Shown: positions 1-9,894 of the stretch, one piece after another
Layout: each line of letters begins with the position of its first letter
Numbering within the stretch: the first letter of the stretch is position 1
NCBI GenBank assembly: GCA_045837725.1
Contig: JBEWZL010000036.1
Span: 183,706-203,705 of the forward strand
Origin: Vermamoeba vermiformis
Lineage: Eukaryota
Reading direction: 5' to 3'
Length of the DNA stretch: 20,000 nucleotides
Notes under the pieces: model-generated
What the model was told of the DNA's origin: nothing
The model's input: only the letters and a program-made list of their open reading frames with translations
Databases searched by the model: none
Program-made: the position numbers and the translations under genes

Positions 1-7
1 GCCTTTA

Positions 8-2847
8 ATGGCCCGTAAAAAACCACCAGAATCGCAGTGAAGTACGTAGACGCTTACTGAATCGTACCGAAGGCTCGAATTATTTATTTAAATATCCAGT
101 AATTATTTCATTTTGCGGTCGATCGAGGGAAGATTGACGAGCAAGTCTGGTCTTGGCTTACGAGCATAGTCTGACCTCTTATTACTAGCTCCTCCTGATG
201 AACATCAGAATTGACGAAGGTCACCACGATAAGCGTAGCTGGGAACCTTGGAGTCAAGAGGAAATTAAAGTTTTTTTCGATTCGATCGTAAAATACGGCA
301 GAAACTGGGCTCTCATCGCGAAAGAAATTGGAACAAAGCGCCAAGAACAAGTAATTATTATCCCGATAATTATCAAGCCTTAATCAATTAATCAATAATT
401 CTATTTTTATTTTGAAAATAATGGCCAATTTAATTTCCAAAACCTCGTTTGCTTTTGCTCAAATCACACTAATATGTGATAAATAATTGATTATGTAATA
501 TTGTTAAATTAATGGCATTATTTAAATTCGTGTGAACGGTCAGCGGCCTCATCTCTTTACTCTCACTTGTGCACGTACTAATAATACTTTCCACTTCAGG
601 TTAGAACATATTTTTATAGATTACTTAAGAAGGTCACTAAATTGCTCGAGCCACTTCACTTTACTTTCGATTCTCGCGATCGGATGGACACTTTGATCGC
701 ACTCGTTTGCTATTGGGAAGCTAAGCGCGATCTTAATATACCAGAGGCGCCAAACCCATCTGCAACAGCGAGCTTAGCTAGAGCAGTGCGCGACAGAATT
801 ATTAAGTAAGTTCTAACAATATGGTTGAATTTCGTTTGAAAGTTTAGAGTACTTTGAACTTCCGTAATTAGTAGAAAGTGAAGTTCAAAGTAAGGAAATA
901 TGACCGAAAGAGCAAACAGTATTAATATTTATTTTCTCCAAAGACAACGCAAAGAGCTAGAACTGATGCGGTCGCGACGACTTCCAGCACCCGAGAAAAT
1001 TACATTCCAGCTCGTTCCTATAAGCAATGACATGGCGTCTGACTTATCGCAAGCTGGGTGTAACCCGCGATTACAGTAAGCGTCATTTTGGTCTTCTAAG
1101 AAATTAATTCTTGAAATTTACTAGCCGTTACACGAGCTAATTAAATTCGTGCAGGCTCACTGTTAAGTCAAGCAAGCGACTGTCGTCCATCATTCAGCAC
1201 TTAATGAGCAAGTGGACACGTCCTGGCAACGAAGGCAAGCGTGTCTCAATTGCCACTGGCCCTATTCGGTTGTTTCCGCACCTAAAAATGGGACATCCGG
1301 GTTGGGGAGTTGAGGACGAGGAAGTTACAGCGCTGAAGTTGTTTCATGCACTAGGGTGTCCTGAGATATGCAAAGTAGATTATAGTTGGAAGGCTGTACC
1401 AACTCAACCGACGCAACAACAGCATCTGGGATCGGATCTTAGTGCAGCGGAGCTCGAGCAATATTATCAATTATTCAATAATGCAGAAGGAAATGTTGCA
1501 ATCAAGAATGAAGGAAGCAATCATAGTGGCGAGAATAGTTATTCACCAGAAGGCCACTATTTTACGCTGGATGATTTTCATCACTCGGATGAGGACCACT
1601 TTGACGATCTGAACATCAAGTTGTCGTCGAATGATGCCTTTGGATTCGAGTCAGGCGAGAGTCACAGCTACAGCGTCGAAGAAAGACAAGTTATACTGCC
1701 GGACATTTCCATGAACACGTTAAACAATTTGTTGAACTCCGGTGGAGCGAGCACGAATCAAAGAACAGCTTGAATACCAGTCAAAGCGGACTCAATCTAT
1801 CTCCTGTATCGATCAACAACGCCAGCATCAACAACGTCACTGTTCAACAACAAGAACGAGAGAATGCAAACCAGCGAAGCATGTTGAACGCAAGTTTTTC
1901 CATACTTCACGATGCTTCGTCAATGGGCTTTGATGCGTCTAACGACATGTTTGGCACTGGCTTCAAGCACGCTACGTCATCGTTCTCAACTGCAGTGAAT
2001 AACTTGAAGGTCGAGAAGATCCAATCCGATCAGTCGCCGCCACCGTTCCTCGGAACTAACAATGGCACCAATGGGCAAGGCTATCCATCAAGGCCATCTC
2101 CTGTTACTAACGCTAAGCGAAGGTACGTTGGAAACATAACCACAATTTTTTCGATCGCAAAAGCGGATCAAAAAACCGAATCTGGATGCGCGAGTTGTTT
2201 AACCTCGTTAGATCGGCGCAGGAAGTACTTGTGGGCGTTCTTTGTTAGTGTTCGCAAGTAGTGACCCGAACACGATGTTGCAAAACGTCTCGGGCACGAC
2301 CACACTAACAAGAATGCACCGCTTCCCGTCCGATCAGCGAAGTTAAGCTTGTTCAGGCCTTCTTAGTACTGGGGTAGGAGACTACCTGGGAATCGGAGGT
2401 GTTGTGCTCTTTACTTTTTGCTTTTTTGCTTCGCTGCTTGGCTACCCGTACCCTTATTTCGCGTTATCATTATATCACCGAACATCTTTCGGCCTCCACA
2501 TCCAGATTCGAATCCGATTTCACTTTTTTTTGCTTATTGTTTTCAGACGGCATTACTAACGCGCAGTATTTAGATTACAACCGGAGTCCTTATTCAAAGA
2601 GGATTCGCTGGATGTTAGCGAGGTTCCTTTACGCGCATCAGCTGGTTCACGTAACAACGGCCCAAGTACCAACAACAAGACGTCTCTCGGTGTTCGACTC
2701 AACGAAAATGGCAAGCGAGACTTGCAGTCGTTCATTGAGGAGACGTCTTTCGTGCCATTTCGCTCTCAGGTATTCGGATCTGGCAGCACGCAGGAAGACA
2801 ACGACGGTTCTGCTGCTAAAAGGCGAAAGCTGGATTCGGTGCCTTGA
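8..2847 (+). CDS. CRAMP1: Cramped-like / TSL-kinase interacting protein 1 (TKI1)-like SANT/Myb-domain chromatin protein; one or two apparent 1-nt frameshifts
   Basis: Exons ~8-36/41, 209-350, 600-805, 944-1075, 1155-2122 (frame change near 1765), 2574-2847. Spliced product contains the SANT segment KRSWEPWSQEEIKVFFDSIVKYGRNWALIAKEIGTKRQEQ|VRTYFYRLLKKVTKLL and the Cramped/TKI1 block KITFQLVP...GCNPRLQ|LTVKSSKRLSSIIQHLMSKW. C-terminal NLS-like AKRRKL. The first exon is uncertain. Confidence 0.8.
2197..2269 (-). repeat. Degenerate inverted (antisense) copy of the 5S 5' half forming a fold-back with 2290-2348
   Basis: GTTTAACCTCGTTAGATCGG pairs with CCGATCAGCGAAGTTAAGC; GGAAG with CTTCC; GCGTTCTTTGTTAGTGT with ACACTAACAAGAATGC; GTAGTGACCCGA with TCGGGCACGAC. 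The blocks are in nested order. Confidence 0.9.
2292..2410 (+). rRNA. 5S rRNA gene, intronic, same strand as host gene
   Basis: 119 nt. Helix I GGGCACGAC (2292-2300) pairs fully with GTTGTGCTC (2401-2409). Conserved eukaryotic 5S segments CCCGTCCGATC, GAAGTTAAGC (box A), TAGTACT, GGAGAC (box C region) and GGGAA are present, followed by oligo-T runs. Confidence 0.95.
2410..2427 (+). terminator. RNA polymerase III oligo-T terminator of the 5S gene
   Basis: TTTacTTTTTgcTTTTTT directly after the 5S 3' end (T5 at 2415-2419, T6 at 2422-2427). Confidence 0.8.
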
Positions 2848-3093
2848 GCGAAGCTAGCAATTTAATTTCAGTGTACAATTACTACCCTTTCAACCGTAGC
2901 TTTAGCGAGAAAGCCAACCGATCTTTTCTTGTTTGAAGTTACGGATGGAGCTGTCGTGAGCGAAGAAGTGCAGTCGTTTAATTACAACTGCCTTCTTTAG
3001 CTTAGTTTTAAATCAGAGATATCAAAACAAGCGATAGACTCCTCAATGTAAATAAACGGATCAAATTATTTATTGTAACCCGATCTTCGTTTG

Positions 3094-4483
3094 TTACTTT
3101 CTCCCGTGTTCCGCGCTAGCATTTTTAGTACCAGAGTTGTTACGTGCGATCCATTCTCTCAGGTCAGTACTGCTAATAATGCGACAGGAGTGCTTCCAGA
3201 CAATTGTCAACGATTTCAAATTGAACTTTGATACTCGAAGTCCGTTCACATGATTGATGCCGTTGATGCCTGTAAAAGTCAGTTGTGCATACGTTATAAT
3301 GGTACTAATTACCTTCTTCGTTATTCTCGACAACAGCAGCCTCAATCTCCGGATCATTCATCAGCCTACATCCGTCCGAGTTCGGACACCTCGTTACAAT
3401 TTGAATCTATGCAATAAGTGATTAATCAAATCATTCTCATATGAAAATAAGTCTCTTACATCTTTTTCAGCGATTGTAGTGTCAATAATATCAAGGAAGT
3501 GTTTGACGCCTTCATTACGTGTTTCAATGCTCTCAATCAGCTCTTGATGCTTCTTGCCACCAAGTACAGCTAAAGGAAAATAATTAAGCCGGCACTTAGA
3601 CATAAAGGATATCAAGGCATACTGAGCACAGCTACTACAAGCTTTTTCTTGGCAACCAAAGTACCGAGGGTGATGAGCATTTTATGATCGAAATGAAGTC
3701 TGTCAAACGTTCCTAAGTGTTGAAAATGAGTTTAATTCTTGTAAAATTTGAACATTTTGCTTATTACCTGCTAATGAGACGCAATTGAACGATTTGTAAT
3801 TGAATTCGTGAGGCGTGTGATCTGTGGGCAAATTAGCTTCACCCAACGACTTTGATAGTTTGTGAATATGTTCTTCTTCTATTTGTTCTAATAATAAACT
3901 CGGAAGATTATTTTTCTGCCGCTTTTCATTCCATTGATTAAAAACTTCAGTGCCTAAAGCGAACTAGTTAGATCAGTTATCGTTATATTTCTATCAATTA
4001 ACTTACTATATGCAAATACATGCGTAATATCGTAAATTAAATATAGACGCACGCTATTGGGGAGTAAAATCGTTAAGTTTCGCGAGTAATCTTGGGCTGT
4101 TCGCTGGATGGCTGCAAAATGACCGTATACTCGAATCAGCACTTGTTGTGCTTGTTTAATCTATTATATTAGCGCGGGTTAGATGCATGCTACGCATTGT
4201 ACTCTTTAAGTTTCAATACGGCGTGAAAAGGTTGAAATTCGGTTTAAATATTTTAAAAAATACTTAAAAATCATACGTTAATAGGCCACGCCTCTGCAAA
4301 TGTCAAATATACATATAAGTGGCTGGTTTGTCTCCAACAATGCCTGGTAAATAATGGTGTCAGCAACGATACGGATCTAACTAAGTTTAGAATGGCGTAC
4401 TCGAGAAGTTCAAACGGAAATAATTCTAGATTATTTATTAGCAGCTCAATGCCGCCAATTTTTTGTTGTGCGTTGTGCTCCAT
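3094..4483 (-). CDS. Phosphopantetheine adenylyltransferase-like (CAB4/COASY PPAT domain; HIGH-family nucleotidyltransferase), divergent
   Basis: Exons 4483-4401, 4343-4277, 4160-4007, 3953-3768, 3712-3623, 3569-3460, 3406-3313, 3269-3094, all phase-compatible GT-AG. Motifs VSLAGTFDRLHFDHKMLI, KKHQELIESIETR, DPEIEAAVV, VNGLR and ISSTDLR. Confidence 0.8.
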
Positions 4484-4574
4484 AAAAGGACTGCGAGTTA
4501 AATTAATTTGTTTTTTTGTGCGCACGACTACGACCACGCAAGGCAACCAACAAAGCAATATAATAATAAGCACA
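4484..4574. promoter_or_regulatory. Putative bidirectional promoter (PPAT-like / MRI1)
   Basis: Only 91 bp between the divergent predicted ATGs at 4483 and 4575. Confidence 0.5.
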
Positions 4575-6433
4575 ATGAGTCACAACGATAAGGTTAAATT
4601 ATTGAAGGACTTTGAACAGATGGCTATGAGATGCCGAAACGGAAATTTGGAGGTAACAACGGATCTCGTCTTTCTCGTAATATTGCAATTATATTAATAT
4701 TTTATATAGGTACTTGACCAAAGATTATTGCCTACGCAAGAGGTTTGGTTGCCCGTTGAGCGTATTGAACAGATGCACGATTACATCTTGCAGTTGGCTG
4801 TTCGTGGTGCACCCTTAATTGGATGTGCCGCTGCTTTGGCCCTCGCTGTTCATGTCGTTAAGGCTTGGCCCAAGTATGCTTATTAATTATTCATTTAACA
4901 TGAAGCGAGATAATTATGTTTTCGGATCCGACTCGTGAAAATTATTTAATAATTACAATAGGTGTTAATTAATTATTATATTATTTGTGTAATATTTATA
5001 GACTGTAAAACAAATTCTAAAATTGTTAATAATTCCAGCGATCCAGACATGATTAAAACTGCTGCTTACATTCGTTCAGCCAGGTAAATATACGCGCATA
5101 GTATTTATAGCCATAGTATTAATTATATCGTATTATTTGTAGACCTACAGCAGTTAATTTGATGTACGCAGTGGACGAGATCTTGCAGTTGCAAAAACCC
5201 GAGAATGAACGATCGCACAGCCCTGAAACAGTTTGCGAAATTGCATATAAACTCATGGATGACGAGGTATGTTATTAGTGAAGCACTTCAGAGTCATACG
5301 TACCAGTAGAGGCTTGATCCGGATCCTACAAACTGATCCTCAAGTATTCTAGCTACAATGCCCTCATAATTAAACCAACCAAAATAACATATCAGCTTGA
5401 CATATATAGTCTTAATAATAAGAGTCCATTCTAAATTTCCGTTTGTTTCTAGATTGCCATGTACGAGCGAATGTCAAAGTTTGGCGCTGACTTGATCAAG
5501 GATGGTAAGCGAATTCAGTCCATAATAGCTTATATATAGAGTATCAGAAGGCTATGTATATCAATCGGAGCGGTTAATTCTACTTTTTGAAGTAATCAAA
5601 GATATTTTAAGGAACAACAATGTGACACGTGTCAATGAGAAGTCACTCATGTATTTTACTATAGGCGATAATATTCTTACTCACTGCAACACTGGCGCGT
5701 TGGCGACGCCGGGCATGGGTACCGCACTGGGTGTCATTCGCGAGGCTCATCGTCGTGGCTTGAAAATTCACGTCTATGTTGACGAGACGCGACCCTTGCT
5801 TCAAGGAGGTCGTTTGACTACTTATGAGCTTCAAAAGGAAAAGATTCCTTATACTCTTATATGCGACAATATGGCAGCTACTTTAATGCGTCAAGGCAAA
5901 ATTCAGCGAATTTTTGTTGGTGCTGATCGGATCGCGATCAACGGAGACTTTGCCAATAAGATCGGTAAGAGCTCGCAGATATATTATAAAATAGTACATT
6001 CATATTATATGCCATATTTAATATTAATACGCGGATAGTCAGCGATGGTGTATTTTAAATAATTTTTTATTAGTTTGAGCTATGCGCAAAGCAGTTTAAT
6101 TTGAAGCTGAATCTAGATTAACGATTCAATGTTCCAGGAACATATAGCGTAGCAGTTGCGGCAAAATACCACAATGTCCCTTTCCATCCCGTAGCACCTC
6201 AATCAACGGTCGATTTTGAATGTTTGAACGGAGATCAGATCCCGATCGAAGAGCGCAAGCACGAGGAGGTGCGCGGAGCTTTTGGAACACGTTGGGCACC
6301 CGAAGAATGCAATACTTGGAACCCTGCATTCGATGTAACGCCAGGTGAGCTCGTTACATCGCTGATCTTGGACTCAGGAGTCTATGATACTGCAGCATTG
6401 CGCGATCGTGTATTGCTGAAGCTCAAGAAATAA
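4575..6433 (+). CDS. MRI1: Methylthioribose-1-phosphate isomerase (methionine salvage)
   Basis: Exons 4575-4652, 4710-4873, 5039-5083, 5143-5266, 5453-5504, 5665-5964, 6138-6433. Motifs [65 protein letters not shown] and NPAFDVTP. Confidence 0.96.
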
Positions 6434-6748
6434 GTATAAACACACGTTAATATTATCAGACGGCTATGTTTAGTTATTCAAGCCCACGGAGATTAATCCT
6501 AGTATTTCGAAGAATTTCTTCGGTTATTCTTTACGACTAATTCAGTAGGGAAATACGCTAGCTGTTGTTCCTGCCAGAAGAGGTCTTAACGACCTCAAGA
6601 TCTTGAGCATTTTGGTCGCAACATCAAAGCTTGCAGGCATAGCTTTTTGATCTTAATGAAGTGACGACCATTTTGACAGCAGTAGTGACTGTAAAAGGTT
6701 GGATTAAAGTTTATATTGAATATTATATACATTCTCGACCGCTATGAT

Positions 6749-7484
6749 TTATATTGAATTTTTACGCGGTCTTATCATCTCTTCCCATAACTCGTTGTAG
6801 TACACGAACACTTTCTTCGAATTCTTGTAGCCCAGCGGTTTCAATCCAGTCTTTGCTTGCCGTTGTCGTACTAGCTCGTACATCTCTTTTGAAACACAAG
6901 AAAGCACATCAAGTGCCGCTCTAAAGCCCCACGTCTCACGCTCAGAAGGCCAGTATTGTTTTAATATGCTCAAGTCGTAGTGTTGTACGATACTTTGCAG
7001 TGCAGCGCGAGGAAACTGAGCTGGGTCAGAAATTGATTGCAATTCTTATTATGTACCTGATATGTTTCGAGTTTGCGACTGTACTCTGCCGACAGCCGCA
7101 TAAATTGTAGAAGAACGTACCTAGCCATAAACTACGTTAATTTCTTCTTCGAAAATTACTGCGTTATGAGATATTAATTACTCCGAGATTTCTTTGTATT
7201 GTTTGATCCGGGCAAAAAGCCCTAGGTTCCTTAATTTCAGAGGTCTATATCCTTTCAGTCTTCTCTGACGGACAATGAGTTCGTCCATCTCCCGCGACAC
7301 TTTCGATAACATTTCTAAGCCCAGAATAGTCGCTGCATTCCACGGAGTTTCTGGATAGTAGTCGCAATAGTGTTCGATAATTAACATCCACACTTCAGGA
7401 GGCAACGTGGGTACCTGGTAATAAATAATTAGCATTTAAAAGGATTTATTAGTTGAGGCTTAGAGTACCCCGGATTCATACCAT
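6749..7484 (-). CDS. Small protein with two tandem F-box-like repeats (could be two genes)
   Basis: Model: ATG 7484-7482, then 7414-7182, 7120-7057, 7015-6749. Repeat 1 LPPEVWMLIIEHY...LEMLSKVSREMDELIVRQRRLKGYRPL; repeat 2 FPRAALQSIVQHY...LDVLSCVSKEMYELVRQRQAKTGLKPL. Both resemble the F-box LP.E.W..I...L..VS+.+..L pattern with an insert. Confidence 0.55.
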
Positions 7485-7825
7485 TTTTTTCCATCTCTTT
7501 CGGGCTACAGAGTCGTTCGCTCTTGCATCATCTCCTTCGAATCTCCTTTTTGGCATTATTACTAACGAGTGTTGCTCTTGGTCGTAAATAATAAATTGAA
7601 AAGGTCCAGAATATTCGCGATAAAATTTGCCGTCGTTTATTTATTTGCACATTAGACATTCTACCGATGAAGTGCTTTATGATTTCTTTACGCAGCTTAG
7701 ACCGTCACCTGGGGTGCACTTGTTAGTCTGGACCTACTTCAGTGGTTTCAAAAACCGAGCGTTTTCAAACTAATTTTATTTTAATATTTAAAAAGATATT
7801 CGCTACAAAATAACTAATAATTAAT

Positions 7826-9532
7826 TTAAAAGGCAAGAGCGAGTGCCATCAAAGCAATTGCAGGACCAACAGCTGAAGCGCTGCCAGTTTTTGCCTTTGG
7901 AGTGGCGGCAACAGGCGCGTTATTAGCCACAGGAGCACCGGCAGGACCATTGCACGTGAATCCATCGCCAGTGAAGCCTTCATTGCACACACACGAGTAT
8001 CCGAACATCTCTTCGATGCACTTCGCGTTCGCTGAACACTTGTTGGCACTGGCAGAAGCGCACTGGTCGTTGGGAATGAGCCAGATGCTGTTAAACGTTG
8101 GAATTGCTGAAAAGGGGGCTGAACCACCACCCACAATGAACATATCGCCGTTGAAGTTGATGCCGTTTGTACGAGCAGGATAAGCCGCGCCAGTATAATT
8201 CGAGCCAGTCTGACGATAGTTCACGAAGGAGGTAGTAACGTTGGCATCAACAGTGTGCGTGTCGCCGTGCACGAGCTTCCATTGCTTCAAACTCTTGTTG
8301 TACAGCCACACTTGGTTCAACGGTCCCCAAGTTCCGGCGTCATTGTATCCAGCAGTAGGAACCATCATTGCAGTGCCGTCCATGCGATCAACAAACAACA
8401 TGCCTTCACCACTGCCAGGATGATTGTCGGGATGATAGTCAGATGACACAGACACAGGATATGCACCAACAGTGTCAGGACCGAACTCGAGCTCCCACTT
8501 TCTCTTGACACGTGTGTCAAAGGTCCAAATGCTGCCATAGTCTTCGTAGCCACCAGCAGTGGTTCCCCAGCCGCCGTAAAGCCAGGCACGATCGTTCTCG
8601 TCGATGAAACAACCAGGAGTCCATACACCGCCAAACAACGTAGCGGTATAATTGAATGGCTGTTCGGTTATACTGCCAGTGATGAACTTCCATAGCAACG
8701 ATGTCGTGTTGAAGTGCCAAACACTGCTCGTCATGCCGTTCTTGTTGTAACCAGACAACAGCCAGAGGTCGTTGTTGGAGTCAGTGACCAGGCAACCTCC
8801 TCCCGTGTATCCAGGCCCCACGTCCTCTCCAGGTTGACCAGGATTAGCGCCGATGCTTGGATTGATGGTGTCCGGAAAGAGTCCATGCATTCTGACGAAC
8901 ATCATGGATGTGGTGTTGAACATCCAAAACTCGCCTCCATACTCGTAAGTAGTGAACCAAATATTATCATTCTTATCAACAGTGATGCTACTGTAGCGGA
9001 TTCCACCAGGGTGGTTCGTTTCAGCAGGTACTCGAAGGTCGCCAGGGTTGCGTGGATTCGTTCTGGCAGTTTCGTTGCTTCCCCAAACATATCGATACTG
9101 ATCTGTTTTAGGATTGTAGTTCCATGCGTTGTATAAATAATTTATTCCATTGCGAAACGAAGACCCAAACATGATCCAAAGAACGCCTTTCGAATCCATC
9201 GCTGCTAAAGGGCATGCTCCACGAGAACCAGCGCCAATGTCGATAGTAGTCCAAACACCTTTCTCGACAGTGTAGCTCTCAAAAATATCGGCTAAATTAT
9301 CGGACGTTAGTTTCGGCAGTACAGATTAAAAAAAACGTAATCTAATTAAAACAAGCGCGGCTATAAAACTGTATTGGCGCGCATTATATCATTGTTTGTA
9401 AATTTACTCACCAATACCGGTTTCATTAACGGTGGTTGGAGAAATCCAGATGGGTTCAAACGAGGCAGCCGTAGCGGTTCTGTAAAGTCCGCTCACAAAC
9501 AAGCAAAGAGCGACTGTAAGGTAGAGTCGCAT
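7826..9532 (-). CDS. Secreted kelch-like beta-propeller + EGF-domain surface protein, probable GPI anchor (copy A)
   Basis: Exons 9532-9412 and 9291-7826. Signal peptide MRLYLTVALCLFVSGLYRTATA; repeated D.nd.W.fGG...W.yn....W blades; EGF C-SANAKC-IEEMFGYSCVCNEGFTGDGFTC; Ala/Pro stalk; C-terminal SAS + hydrophobic tail. Confidence 0.85.
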
Positions 9533-9894
9533 GGTGTTGTCTTGAAGTTGAATTAAGTTACTATTACTATTATGACCTTAGTAACGTTAGTCTTTGCAAG
9601 AATTCAGATATCTTCGATTTTTCCGGGTTTCCCAAAGCTGCCTGTCGACTATTGCCGATAATAGGTAAATACTCTGCGAAGAGTACTAAAGTATTAATTA
9701 ATACTCTGAGCAAGTATAAGTACTTCTTGTAAAACGGATCTTGTTTCTGATTTATTCTCAACAACAAAATCATGTCGTTCTCTTATACACCAAGAACGCT
9801 ACAGACAAAAGCTCTATCGTACTGAATATCGTTCCTTTACATTTGGTGAAGCAGAGCGGGGCAGGATCGATCCTGTCGACGGTACAACTCCGTA

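Noticed and set aside
2201-2560. Alternative acceptors at 2211 and 2546 for the 5S-containing intron
   Set aside because: Both give a stop within a few codons, whereas 2573 follows a perfect TACTAAC and opens a 90-codon exon. Minor use is not excluded.
2399-2857. 152-aa ORF in the ORF track
   Set aside because: It overlaps the 5S 3' end, the terminator and the intron, and is in a different frame from the modelled last exon 2574-2847.
3570-3622. ATATCCTTT (U12-like AT-AC donor) inside a PPAT-like intron
   Set aside because: No phase-compatible AC acceptor; the GT-AG model restores the frame.
5300-5360. Hairpin followed by ACA in MRI1 intron 4, as a possible H/ACA snoRNA
   Set aside because: No ANANNA H box or convincing second hairpin; treated as a generic intron stem.
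6570-6605. CAGAAGA + stem resembling a hammerhead ribozyme core
   Set aside because: CUGANGA is mismatched and the GAAA element is missing.
6650-6700. ATGA...TGA as a possible SECIS element
   Set aside because: No apical AA or proper helix II, and MRI1 has no in-frame TGA.
7849-9136. Multiple overlapping and antisense ORFs over the kelch-EGF genes (also 18980-19864)
   Set aside because: Shadow ORFs from codon bias; their recurrence in both copies reflects nucleotide identity.
9591-9880. Palindromes and inverted repeats upstream of kelch copy A (TTTGCAAGAA/TTCTTGTAAA, CAGGATCGATCCTG)
   Set aside because: Short and single-copy, with no target-site duplication or RNA family signature.
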